Assembly (NCBI GenBank): GCA_965248445.1
Contig: CBDFJG010000002.1
Location: 64,001 to 128,000, forward strand
Direction of reading: 5' to 3'
DNA: 64,000 nt
Origin: Planctomycetota bacterium
GTDB taxonomy: Bacteria; Planctomycetota; JAJSAM01; JAJVHW01
The notes under the pieces were generated by a model. That model saw nothing but the letters and a program-made list of their open reading frames with translations. It ran no database searches and had not been told where the DNA came from. Of the stretch, positions 8,644 through 17,901 are shown piece after piece. A program made the translations under genes and the position numbers. Each line of letters opens with the position of its first letter. The first letter of the stretch is position 1.

Positions 8644-11600
8644 TCAGCGCGGCTCACCGGCCAGCAGCCTCGCCAAGAAGCGTGCGTGGCGGATTCGCGC
8701 GACGCTGACGGCGCTGCGAACGACGTTCGTCTCGTCGAGCATCACCCACGCCACGTCGGTCGGCCCGGCGCCCGGCCGCTTCGCGTGCTCCGCAAGCACA
8801 GCGGACAGTCCTGCATGGCCGTGATGCATCTCGACCGAATCCGGCACGAACTCGCCGGTCCTCAGCTCGGCCTCGAGGGTCTCCGACGCCAGGTCGCTGG
8901 CCGGTACGGCCAGTCGAGTCACGTGGCTGGTCGCCAGTCCCGTGAACTGGGCGCTGAACCATCGAAGCGTGTACATCAACGACGCCGCGTCCCACGAGTC
9001 CTCCCCCGCATCCGCCGGGAGCCACAGCAGCAGCGTCCCGCCAGGGTGCGCAGGGAGCCCTTCGACCCGCCGTCCGATGATCGTGCGCCACGGGAACGTG
9101 TTCGGCTGCGCAAGACGCAGCGGCGCGTCCAGTGACCAGCCCATCGCTTCGCGGTCTGGCCCTATCGTGCGCTCGCGGCGCACTCGCGGCTGTTCGAATC
9201 GCACGACGCCCCGAGACAGCGCGAAGCCGACGTAGCCTTCGATCGGCGCGCCGGACCGCCGCCGGTGGGACACGCGCTCCTCTCCGTCGAGGAGCACGAC
9301 CACGTACGGCCCCGCGACGCGGATCTCGATGTCGAGGAACGCGCGGGGCTGCTCGAAGGTCACGAAGCGCACCATCGGCGACACGTAGCGGTCCAGGGGA
9401 CGGTGATCTGTCACATGGATGCCTGCGGACTGGAGAGGCGGGACAGCGTCCTTCTTGCCGGTCGAGTAGTCCCAGTCGCCCGCTCGGAAGCGCACCGAGA
9501 ACCCACGGTCTCTGGAAGTCTTGCCGAAGACGATTCTGCCATCGGCGAACGACGACAGGAAGCGGATGCGCGTGCGCAGCGTGTACGCGTCGTCGAGCCA
9601 CTCGGACGACCGCACGAACATGCGGCGCATCCCCGCATCGCGAATGAGACCGCCCGTGGTGTCGTCGGTCTTCGCCTGCCCGAGGACGATGTTCCCGGCG
9701 CCGTCGATGTGCCAGGGGATGCCTGGCTTCGAGTCGATCGGCGCCCAGCGCTCCTCGACCATCTCGCCTGCTACCACGCTCCGCTCCGCGGGACGCCACG
9801 GGGCGGCGGGGGGGCCGGCGGCCTCGGGCACCGGCACCGGCTTGTCCTTCGCCCCTGCGGCGGGCAGTCCGCGATGGGCAGCGATGCCGCAGATCGCGGC
9901 GATGCGATCGTGATCTGCACGCAGCGCTGAAGCGAGCCGGAGGCGCTTCTTGTCGTGCGCGGCGTCGCTCCACTTCGCCAGATGCGTCAGGTACGCGGCC
10001 ACGGCCCGATGCGCCGCGGCCAGCGTGCCCCCGGCTCCGCCCTCCGGCGCCGGATGCTCGTGAGGAGCGAGCCGGTGGAGCAACGCGCGGTACACCCATG
10101 CAGACGGGCCCTTGTGCGTGTCGTGCAGGTCCACCGCCTCTTGCAGTTCGGACGGATCGACATCATCCACGGCAACCGCCCAGTCGATGGCGGCCAGCGC
10201 TGCTCTCGGCCGGCCCGCCGCCGCGAGAACCCGCGCGGCCCGTCGGGCATGATCGAGTCCTCGCGCCGGCGGGTCGTGGCGATCGCGATCTCCCGGTCTC
10301 GGCGCGGTGTCCGTCGTCCACAGATCGCGTGGCGCCAGTTGCGTCCGCGAGGCGCGATCCTCGACGCGCAACTCCGCCACGCGGCGCTGCCACGCCTGCT
10401 TCCACGCGGCCCCCGGCTCGGCGCCCGAACCGCCCTCGCGGATGAACTGGCGGAACAGTTCGCGGAACCCCTCGAGCGTGTTCGGCCTCCCGGTCTTGCC
10501 ATCCACGAAGTGCTTCTCGAACCACGCGCGGGAGTCGGGCGCACTGCGTTTCGCGAAGCCGTCGAGATACGCAGAAACGCGATCCGCGAAGACGAACGCT
10601 CCTTCCTGGTTGCCATCGAACCCACGGAACCGAGTCAGGAACAACCAGAGCGAATAGCCGGAGTGGTAGTTGTCGCGGTAGTCCTTCGGCTTGCCGCCGA
10701 GCAGCGCGAGGAGGTTGTCCTCGTCGTGGTATCTCGCGTCGTGGGTCTCCCAGAGCTTCATCCAGTCTGCCGCCTCGACGACGACGCGACCGAGTCCGCG
10801 ACCCCAGCCGCCGGTCTCCACGAACACCGCACGTCCTTCGGCGAGCCACGCGGGCAGTCCGCCGAACGCGGCGTGGTCGAAGCGGTGCGTCAACTCGTGG
10901 ATCAGCGTGCCGTCGAGTGCGTCCCCGGAGCGGAACCGCGCCAGGACCGTCGTGCGATCACCGCTCTGGAACCCGCCGGCCCACCAGAACGGCGCGCCCT
11001 CGCCCTCGAGCTCCGCGTGGTCGAGGACGACACGGATCAGGCCCGGCCTTCCGTCGAACGGATCGGATCCGAACCACCCCGCGATGCGCGCGTGGAGGTC
11101 CTCGACGACCGACGTCACGTGCCGCAGCGTGTTCCAGCCGGCAGTGGTCTCGATCCGATACAGGCCGCCCGGAGAGACGGCGATGCCGGGGTGCTCCCAG
11201 GAGCGGTGCGCCGCGTTCCATCCTGCGACCTGGTCACCGGCGATCGCCTCCAGTTCCTCGAGCGTGTGCACGCGCGGCTCCGTGCCCGTCGCGGGCTCCT
11301 CACCCTCCGCCGGGGGATCCCTTTCCCGGGGCGGGGCGGCGGCGAGATGCTCCCGCGCGCGCTCGATCGTGTCGGCCGCTGCCCTCGCACTCTTGGACGG
11401 CGGAGCCGCCGCGGCCTCCTCTTCGTGACCCTGGCGGTCGATCCCGCGCAACAAGAGCCCCGCACGCAGCGCGAGCGGCCAGTCTCCATCCGCGGCAGCG
11501 CGTCTCATCACGCCCTCGAGCGCCGTGAGGACTGTCTTCTCGTCGGGACCGGCGTGCGCGCCGTCCACCGCAGCGTCGTGCCCCGCGACCAGGGTCGGAC

Positions 11601-12078
11601 AGTCGCTCCCGAGCACGCGCGACCACGACGTGAGCAGGCGTCGCGTCGGCACGTCTTGGGACTTCTTGAGGCGCGGGAACGTCTTGCGCACCACCTGCAC
11701 GGCCTTGGCGCGCAGGCGGACCGCCTGCGCCGCGGCCTCCGTCTCCGGCCCGTCGAGGGGAAGCCCGCGGGCGGGCTTCCAGCGGCCGTTCTCGTCCACC
11801 GCCGCACGCGCGAGCGCGAGCGTCCAGACCGCGCGCGCATCGGCGTCTTCGGCGTCCAGAGTCAGCAACTCGCCGAGCGCCTCGGCGGATGCGGGCGCGA
11901 GGGCCAACGCCTCCTCGAACAGGCGGCGCGCGCCATCCGTGTCGCCCGCGGTCAGCGCGCTGCGGCCCGAGGCGAGCACGCGGTCGGACTCGGCGTCGAG
12001 CCCGCCGGCGCGGGTCGCGGTCGCGCCACTGAGCAGGAGAGAGGCGGTGGCGACGACGAGGAAGAGCCGGCGCCCCAT
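8644..12078 (-). CDS. Large secreted TPR + gluzincin (HEXXH) metallopeptidase-like multidomain protein
   Basis: Signal peptide; TPRs; LIHELTHRFD...LPAWLAEGRA (HEXXH plus downstream E); beta-sandwich-like C-terminal region; alternative GTG start at 12153. Confidence 0.75.
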   Translation of the reverse strand: MGRRLFLVVATASLLLSGATATRAGGLDAESDRVLASGRSALTAGDTDGARRLFEEALALAPASAEALGELLTLDAEDADARAVWTLALARAAVDENGRWKPARGLPLDGPETEAAAQAVRLRAKAVQVVRKTFPRLKKSQDVPTRRLLTSWSRVLGSDCPTLVAGHDAAVDGAHAGPDEKTVLTALEGVMRRAAADGDWPLALRAGLLLRGIDRQGHEEEAAAAPPSKSARAAADTIERAREHLAAAPPRERDPPAEGEEPATGTEPRVHTLEELEAIAGDQVAGWNAAHRSWEHPGIAVSPGGLYRIETTAGWNTLRHVTSVVEDLHARIAGWFGSDPFDGRPGLIRVVLDHAELEGEGAPFWWAGGFQSGDRTTVLARFRSGDALDGTLIHELTHRFDHAAFGGLPAWLAEGRAVFVETGGWGRGLGRVVVEAADWMKLWETHDARYHDEDNLLALLGGKPKDYRDNYHSGYSLWLFLTRFRGFDGNQEGAFVFADRVSAYLDGFAKRSAPDSRAWFEKHFVDGKTGRPNTLEGFRELFRQFIREGGSGAEPGAAWKQAWQRRVAELRVEDRASRTQLAPRDLWTTDTAPRPGDRDRHDPPARGLDHARRAARVLAAAGRPRAALAAIDWAVAVDDVDPSELQEAVDLHDTHKGPSAWVYRALLHRLAPHEHPAPEGGAGGTLAAAHRAVAAYLTHLAKWSDAAHDKKRLRLASALRADHDRIAAICGIAAHRGLPAAGAKDKPVPVPEAAGPPAAPWRPAERSVVAGEMVEERWAPIDSKPGIPWHIDGAGNIVLGQAKTDDTTGGLIRDAGMRRMFVRSSEWLDDAYTLRTRIRFLSSFADGRIVFGKTSRDRGFSVRFRAGDWDYSTGKKDAVPPLQSAGIHVTDHRPLDRYVSPMVRFVTFEQPRAFLDIEIRVAGPYVVVLLDGEERVSHRRRSGAPIEGYVGFALSRGVVRFEQPRVRRERTIGPDREAMGWSLDAPLRLAQPNTFPWRTIIGRRVEGLPAHPGGTLLLWLPADAGEDSWDAASLMYTLRWFSAQFTGLATSHVTRLAVPASDLASETLEAELRTGEFVPDSVEMHHGHAGLSAVLAEHAKRPGAGPTDVAWVMLDETNVVRSAVSVARIRHARFLARLLAGEPR

Positions 12079-12221
12079 CGACGCCGGTTGCGCGCGTCCA
12101 CGTCGGCTGCCAACGTGGCGCGCCGCGTGATCCTCGTGCTCGCGCGACCTCACCGCGAGGCAGTGTACTTGTCCGGCGGGTCGTACCGGCGTAGGCCCGG
12201 TGCGGAACGAGTCGTGCGCCG

Positions 12222-12644
12222 TCAGGGCCCCTTGATCTCGCCTGCGGTGAGCACGAACAGACCGTCATGGCCCGGAGGGGTGCCGTCTTCGTGCGGCGTG
12301 CGGAACGTCGCCCAGATCGGAGTCCACTCGCGGCTCTTCTGCTCGCTCGCGAGCCCGTTCAGGAAGCGGGTGCGCTCGTCCGCGGTCCGGAGGCCCTCGA
12401 CATACAGGCTCGTATAGCTCTTGTGCGCCTGCGCCGCGACGTGGACGTCTGGAAGGACGAGCGCCGAGGCCGCCTTCTCTATCTCGTAGGCCGTGTCCTG
12501 ATCGCGCTGCGAGACCGTCATGCTCTTGCAGCCCCACCAGATCATCGCGACGAGCAGCGCGATGACGAGGGCAGCACCGATGACGATCCCGCCGCAGCCG
12601 AACAGGAGTCCCTTCGCGACCTCCCTGCCGGTCCTCCTCGACAC
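12222..12644 (-). CDS. Hypothetical membrane-anchored protein
   Basis: N-terminal TM helix GCGGIVIGAALVIALLVAMIWWG; 140 aa. Confidence 0.65.
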   Translation of the reverse strand: MSRRTGREVAKGLLFGCGGIVIGAALVIALLVAMIWWGCKSMTVSQRDQDTAYEIEKAASALVLPDVHVAAQAHKSYTSLYVEGLRTADERTRFLNGLASEQKSREWTPIWATFRTPHEDGTPPGHDGLFVLTAGEIKGP

Positions 12645-12690
12645 CTAGTCTGCTCCTACCTGCACTGGAGACTGCTCGTGCCGCCTCGCA

Positions 12691-13389
12691 TCACTCTTCC
12701 ACGTCGAACAGGTAGCCGATGCCGCGGACGGTGCGGATGTACTTCGGCTTGTCGACGTCGTCGACCTTCTCGCGCAGCTTCTGGATGAAGTTGTCGATGG
12801 TGCGCGGCGTGCCGTAGTAGTCGTAGCCCCACACGCGGTTGAGAATCTGGTCGCGCGCCAGGACGCGGCCGCGGTTGCGGACCAGGAGGCGCAGGAGCTC
12901 GAACTCCTTCTTGCTCGTCTCGATCAGCTTGCCGTCGACGCGCACGGTGCGACCCGCGAAGTCCACCTCGGTCGGGCCGAACTTGAACGACTCGTCCTCG
13001 CCTTCGAGCGCGCGCTTCTTGCGGAGGAGGGCGCGCACACGCGCGAGCACCTCCTTCACGCTGAAGGGCTTCGTCACGTAGTCGTCCGCGCCGACGTCGA
13101 GTCCGAGCACCTTGTCCGTCTCGAGCCCCTTCGCACTGAGGATCAAGATCGCGACCGCCGGGTCGTGCTTGCGCACAGAGCGGCAGATCTCGAAACCGTT
13201 GACGCCGGGCAGCATCAGATCGAGCACGATCAGGTCGGGCCGCTCCTCGAACGCCATCTCGAGTCCGCGGTCGCCGTCGTCGGTCGCAACGACGGTGTAG
13301 CCCTCGTAGGAGAGGTTTTTCTCGAGACCCATCCGGATGCTCGCGTCGTCCTCGACGATCAGGATCTTCGCGTTCGTGTCGTCGCTCAT
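12691..13389 (-). CDS. OmpR/PhoB-family response regulator
   Basis: ILIVEDD...LIVLDLMLPG...GADDYVTKPF...RTIDNFIQKLREK...IRTVRGIGY. Confidence 0.97.
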   Translation of the reverse strand: MSDDTNAKILIVEDDASIRMGLEKNLSYEGYTVVATDDGDRGLEMAFEERPDLIVLDLMLPGVNGFEICRSVRKHDPAVAILILSAKGLETDKVLGLDVGADDYVTKPFSVKEVLARVRALLRKKRALEGEDESFKFGPTEVDFAGRTVRVDGKLIETSKKEFELLRLLVRNRGRVLARDQILNRVWGYDYYGTPRTIDNFIQKLREKVDDVDKPKYIRTVRGIGYLFDVEE

Positions 13390-15542
13390 CCCCTGGCCTC
13401 TGCGCGCGCGGCCACGGCGAGCCGGCGACCCTCCGCCGCCTCGGGGAGGGTGACCCTGAACAGGGCGCCGCCCAGCTTCGGTCCCCGCCCGACCGCGATC
13501 TTGCCGCCGTGGGCCAGCACGATGCGCCGACAGAGCGCAAGGCCGATGCCCGCACCCTGCTTGCGCGACGTCAGCGACTCGTCGCCGCGGTAGAACTCCT
13601 CGAACACCAGCTCCCTCTCCCGCTCGGGCACACCTGTCCCGTCGTCCTCGACCTCGAAGCACACCCGCTGCCCGGCGGCCCGTACCGCCACACGGATGCG
13701 TGCCCCGTTGTCGCCGCCGTACTTCACGGCATTGTCAAGGAGGTTGAGAAGAACCTGAATCAGGGCGTCCTTGTCCATCAGAGCCTCGGGAAGCTCCGCA
13801 GAACCGCCCTCAGGGCCCTCGACCTGGACCACGGCGCCCGCCGCGTCGGCGTGGGACTGGAAGAGCTCCGCCGCCCGGCGGACGATCTCGACGGGGTCCG
13901 TCGAGCGCAGTTCGATGGGCGCCCGGCCGCGGCTGAAGGCCGCGAACTGCAGGATCCGGTCGACGAGAGTCGAGAGCCGGTCGGCCTCCCGCGCAATCAC
14001 GTCCACGTACTCCTGGGCCTCCGCGGCGTCGCGATAGCGCCGGTCCTGGAGCGTTTCGACGAACATGCGCATGCTCGTCAACGGTGTGCGCAGTTCGTGA
14101 GAGAGGTTCGAGACGAAGTCACCCTTCATGCGGGCGAGGCGCACCTCACGCATGACTGCGCGGACCGCGAGGAGGCTCGCTGCGAGCACCGCGAGTCCGG
14201 CTCCGACGAGGATCCACAGCCAGAGCGTGCGCGCACGGTTCGTCTCCCGCGCGAGCACCGACGGATCCGTCAGCACCGCCCCCGCCGACACACCGGGGAC
14301 CGCGGGGCTGAGTGCGCGGAACGGAACGAGTTCCGCACCCTCCATCGTGCCGACGACGGCCCCGCCTCCCGGGTCGCGGACCGCGATGGTGACGCCGGCC
14401 GGCGCGTCGATGCCGTCCGTGAGCGGAGCGAGGAATGCGTCGAGAACGCGGCGCCGCGGCGCCGCGAACAAGACGGCAGCCGCTTCGTCGCGGTCGCCCG
14501 CGGGGAGCGCGATGAGCGTGGCGGAGATCGCTTCCTCTCCGTCGCCGGAGGCGAGCCAGCCGCCGCCGCGCTCGAGCGCGCCTCGCAGATCGCTGTCCTT
14601 GATCGCCGCGACACGCGCTGACGCGCGATCTCGCTCGTCGCACCGCTTGATCGCATCGTCGAGATCCCGCAGGTCCGCCACGGGCAGGTGCAGTTGCGCG
14701 ACCTTGCGCAGCTCGCCGCACGCGTCGCGCTCGACCTGGTACGCGCTCTCACTCAGCAGATGCCGCATCCGCTGTGCGCGAGTGCGCCGTTCGATCACGG
14801 CATCCACGAATGCCGACGTATCCGTGTCCGCGGAGACGATCAGCGCGTCCTCCCAGATGTCGGTGATGACGGCCGAGGCAGACGCACCGAGGGGCGCGTG
14901 ATCCGCGCGCTCGCCGCGATCGTCGAGAACGGTCCCGAACTCGGCGACCACGCGCTCGGCCAGGGCAAGGGCGCGCGCCTCGTCGTGTTGCGCGCGGGCG
15001 GCGCGCCACGCGAACCGGAGCGCGAGCGCCTGCGCGACATTGTCCTCGCTGCGCCCGGCGAGTTCCTCTCCGCGTGCGAGTGCGGCCGCAGGGTCGGAGA
15101 TCACGAGCGTCTCGAGCTCGCGCAGCGCCGTGCGTGCCGCAGGGTCGACGGCCGTGCGCGGCGCCGCCTCGAGACGCGGTGAGCGGAACTCGTGCAGCCG
15201 CGGCCCGAGCGGATCGCCAGTCCGGACGATGAACGCGTGCGTGAACGCCGGCGCTTCGACCAACGCAGCAGCAATGCGGTCGCGCAGCGGACGATCCCCC
15301 CGCTTGAGCTCGTGTTCGGCTGCGCTACGCAGATCGGCAATCCGCGTGCGTCCCGCCCGGACGACCCCGCGATCGACGATGCGCTCGGCGCGCCCGCGCA
15401 GCGCCGTCTCCAACTCCTCCCGCCGCTCGTTCGTGCTCTTGAGCCCGAAGAACGCAAGCAGCCCCACCTGCAGGAGCGCAACGCCCAGCACCACGGCGGC
15501 GACCTTGGACTCACGGGGCACGCGGGAGAGGAAGCGCTTCAT
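13386..15542 (-). CDS. Membrane sensor histidine kinase (HisKA + HATPase_c)
   Basis: Two TM helices around a large extracytoplasmic helical domain; SHELRTPL, NLLDNAVKY, DDGTG, GAGIGLA; ATGA overlap with the regulator. Confidence 0.96.
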   Translation of the reverse strand: MKRFLSRVPRESKVAAVVLGVALLQVGLLAFFGLKSTNERREELETALRGRAERIVDRGVVRAGRTRIADLRSAAEHELKRGDRPLRDRIAAALVEAPAFTHAFIVRTGDPLGPRLHEFRSPRLEAAPRTAVDPAARTALRELETLVISDPAAALARGEELAGRSEDNVAQALALRFAWRAARAQHDEARALALAERVVAEFGTVLDDRGERADHAPLGASASAVITDIWEDALIVSADTDTSAFVDAVIERRTRAQRMRHLLSESAYQVERDACGELRKVAQLHLPVADLRDLDDAIKRCDERDRASARVAAIKDSDLRGALERGGGWLASGDGEEAISATLIALPAGDRDEAAAVLFAAPRRRVLDAFLAPLTDGIDAPAGVTIAVRDPGGGAVVGTMEGAELVPFRALSPAVPGVSAGAVLTDPSVLARETNRARTLWLWILVGAGLAVLAASLLAVRAVMREVRLARMKGDFVSNLSHELRTPLTSMRMFVETLQDRRYRDAAEAQEYVDVIAREADRLSTLVDRILQFAAFSRGRAPIELRSTDPVEIVRRAAELFQSHADAAGAVVQVEGPEGGSAELPEALMDKDALIQVLLNLLDNAVKYGGDNGARIRVAVRAAGQRVCFEVEDDGTGVPERERELVFEEFYRGDESLTSRKQGAGIGLALCRRIVLAHGGKIAVGRGPKLGGALFRVTLPEAAEGRRLAVAARAEARG

Positions 15543-16342
15543 GCGACCGGGCGGACCTCGCGCGCGTGCTCGGCCTTGACATGTCGCACCGTGCCGTCCA
15601 CGAGGCGGAGCAGCAAGCCGCTGCGCGCACTGACGTCCTCGACGCGGCCGCGCACCGGTTCATCGCCGTCGAGCAAGTGAACGTCGACCCCGCGGAGGCA
15701 GGAGAGCGCTCGGTAGTTCTCTTCGAGGTCGGCGCACGCCCCGGAGAGCGCCTGATCGAGACGCGGCTCGAGCGCTGTGAGCACCGCTGCGAGCACCCCG
15801 CCGCGGTCGAGCCGGCGACCGGCCACCATCGCAAGGCTGGCGGCGTTCTCACGCAGCGCGGGCGGGAGATCGGCCGGGCGGTGATTGACGTTGATGCCGA
15901 ACCCCGCGACGAGCGCCGGCCGCCGTGGATCGAACCCGCGGGACTCGACCAGCACGCCGGCGACCTTGCGGCCGTTGTGCCAGAGATCGTTCGGCCACTT
16001 GATGTCGAGGTCGAGTCCCGTGGCGGCGCGCACGCCCTCCGCGATGCCCAGACCGACGGCCGCAACCACCGTGGTCGGACTCTCGATCTCCGACGCGCCG
16101 CGCAGCACGACCGAGACGTAGAGGCCCACACCCGGCGGTGACCACCAGTCAGCCCCCAGTCGCCCGCGGCCCCGAGTCTGACGATCCGCGACGACGAGCG
16201 AGCCGTGGCCGGCGCCCTCGGCCAGCAACCGCAGCGCCTCGTCGTTGGTGCTCGGTGTCGTGTCGAGCACCTGCGCAGTGGATCCGATCCACGCGCAGGA
16301 GGTCCGGACCGCCTCGACAGCCGCGCTGAGATCCGAGGTCAT
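15539..16342 (-). CDS. birA: Biotin--[acetyl-CoA-carboxylase] ligase (no N-terminal HTH)
   Basis: STND, QTRGRGRLG..W, IKWPNDL, KVAGVLVE, GFGINVN. Confidence 0.95.
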   Translation of the reverse strand: MTSDLSAAVEAVRTSCAWIGSTAQVLDTTPSTNDEALRLLAEGAGHGSLVVADRQTRGRGRLGADWWSPPGVGLYVSVVLRGASEIESPTTVVAAVGLGIAEGVRAATGLDLDIKWPNDLWHNGRKVAGVLVESRGFDPRRPALVAGFGINVNHRPADLPPALRENAASLAMVAGRRLDRGGVLAAVLTALEPRLDQALSGACADLEENYRALSCLRGVDVHLLDGDEPVRGRVEDVSARSGLLLRLVDGTVRHVKAEHAREVRPVA

Positions 16343-17256
16343 CGCTGCGCGTCCCCGTCCCCGTTGCTGTCGGGCACGATCTTCATGTTGATATCGAGTG
16401 AGCGGGCGGAGTGCGTCAGCGCGCCGACCGAGATGCGGTCCACGCCGGACTCGGCGAACGCGCGCACCGTCTCGAGCGTGATGCCGCCGGACGCTTCGAG
16501 CGCGGGCCGCGAACCGTCGTCCGCACCATCGCGAATGCGCACGGCCTCGGCGCAACGCGCGGGCGTGAAGTTGTCGAGAAGGACGACGTCGATCCCAGGG
16601 GCGAGCGCGGCGCGCAGTTCGTCGTGGTCGGTGACCTCGACACCGACCGGCACGCCGGGCGCGTCCTCGCCGGTCAGACGGCGCACCAGGTCGGCCATCG
16701 ACGTCGCGTCCCCCGCTCGCTGCATCGCACGCAGGTGGTTCTCCTTCACCAGCACCCGATCGGCAAGCGAGAGGCGGTGCATGTCGCCGCCGCCGGCACG
16801 GACCGCGAGCACATCCAGATCGCGTAGCCCGGGGTTCGTCTTGCGCGTGGCGAGGATCACCGCACGAGTTTCCCGCACGGCGTCGACGTACTGCGCCGTC
16901 AGGGTCGCGATCCCGCTCATCCGCTGGACGACGTTCAGGGCGGTGCGCTCGCCCGCGAGGAGCGAGCGGCAACGACCCGTGACGAACGCCACGACGTCGC
17001 CGACGTCGAGATGCACGCCGTCCTCGGCCCGAGCTTCGAAGCCGATCTCCGGATCGATCGCCATGAGCACCTGCCGGGCGATGCCAAGCCCGGCCAGGAC
17101 CCCGGCCTCTTTCGCGCGGATCGCGGCCGTGCCGGTGACCTGCGGATCGACGAGCGCCGCGGCCGTGCAGTCTTCGTCCGCACGATCCTCGGCCAGCCAC
17201 GCGGCAATGCGCGTGGGCAGGTCCAGCGGATCCAACTCTCTCGGGGCCCCGTCCAT
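16339..17256 (-). CDS. nadC: Nicotinate-nucleotide diphosphorylase (quinolinate phosphoribosyltransferase)
   Basis: ERTALN, SGIAT, TRKT, HR..L.D..LVKENH, LLDNF, EASGGI, ISVGALTHS. Confidence 0.96.
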   Translation of the reverse strand: MDGAPRELDPLDLPTRIAAWLAEDRADEDCTAAALVDPQVTGTAAIRAKEAGVLAGLGIARQVLMAIDPEIGFEARAEDGVHLDVGDVVAFVTGRCRSLLAGERTALNVVQRMSGIATLTAQYVDAVRETRAVILATRKTNPGLRDLDVLAVRAGGGDMHRLSLADRVLVKENHLRAMQRAGDATSMADLVRRLTGEDAPGVPVGVEVTDHDELRAALAPGIDVVLLDNFTPARCAEAVRIRDGADDGSRPALEASGGITLETVRAFAESGVDRISVGALTHSARSLDINMKIVPDSNGDGDAQR

Positions 17257-17302
17257 GGTGCCGATGATGGCCGCTCCCGGTCGCGGTTCGGCAGCGTTTC
17301 CG

Positions 17303-17692
17303 TCACCGCGGGGTCTCCTCGGCAGCCTCGCTCTCGCTGTCGGCCACGGGTATGCGGACGTGCGGACGCGCACGAACCATGAGCTTGGGACCGATGCCGT
17401 GGACGCGCAGGAGGTCCTCTGCCGAGAGAAACGGCGCCCGCCCGCGCTCCGCGGCGATGCGGCCCGCGAGCACCCGACCCACGCCGGGGAGTGTCTGGAG
17501 ATCCGCGTCCGTGGCGGTGTTCGGGTCGAGCACCAGCGGCTCGAAGCGCGGGATGAAGACGCCCTTCTCCTCGCAGGCGGCCGGCAGGTTGGTGACGAGG
17601 ACCACCATCACGATCAGGAGCGCCGCGACGACGTCCCCGATCCGCTCCGAGGGCGGTGACGCGGCGTCACGGGGCAGCGAGGAGGACGGCAT
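17303..17692 (-). CDS. comEA: ComEA-like helix-hairpin-helix DNA-binding protein with membrane anchor
   Basis: TM helix then LDPNTA...LQTLPGVGRVLAGRI...F.SAEDLLRVHGIGPK; alternative GTG start at 17698. Confidence 0.85.
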   Translation of the reverse strand: MPSSSLPRDAASPPSERIGDVVAALLIVMVVLVTNLPAACEEKGVFIPRFEPLVLDPNTATDADLQTLPGVGRVLAGRIAAERGRAPFLSAEDLLRVHGIGPKLMVRARPHVRIPVADSESEAAEETPR

Positions 17693-17702
17693 CGGCACCG
17701 TT

Positions 17703-17733
17703 GAGGACGGTCGGGACCCCCGGGGGGTCGCAC
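17703..17733 (-). promoter_or_regulatory. Degenerate ECF-type promoter for comEA (TGCGAC-N17-CGTCCTC)
   Basis: Same spacing and -10 box as the TGTAAC-N17-CGTCCT copies. Confidence 0.45.
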
Positions 17734-17760
17734 CGTGGGTCGCAAGTTGGGTCGCAACGT
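17713..17760. repeat. 12-bp-period tandem repeat (3 good copies plus 1 degenerate) in the comEA divergent region
   Basis: (GGGACCCCCGGG) GGGTCGCACCGT GGGTCGCAAGTT GGGTCGCAACGT. Confidence 0.8.
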
Positions 17761-17777
17761 GTAGTTCGACGCCCACC

Positions 17778-17808
17778 GTGTGACCGAACCGTCCGTTCGT
17801 GCGTGCTC
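17778..17808 (+). promoter_or_regulatory. Degenerate ECF-type promoter (TGTGAC-N17-CGTGCTC)
   Basis: GTGTGACC-N14-TGCGTGCTC upstream of the CDS at 17902. Confidence 0.4.
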
Positions 17809-17901
17809 CTCTCGTGCGCGCGTCCCCCAGTTGGGGTGGGCGGGCGTATGGCGGGTGGGAGTGGCGACCGGTTGCCGGGGCGGCGAGGATGTCCGTCCGT
17901 G

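Noticed and set aside
17713..17760. CRISPR-like repeat
   Set aside because: 8-bp units with 4-bp spacers are far too short, and there are no cas genes
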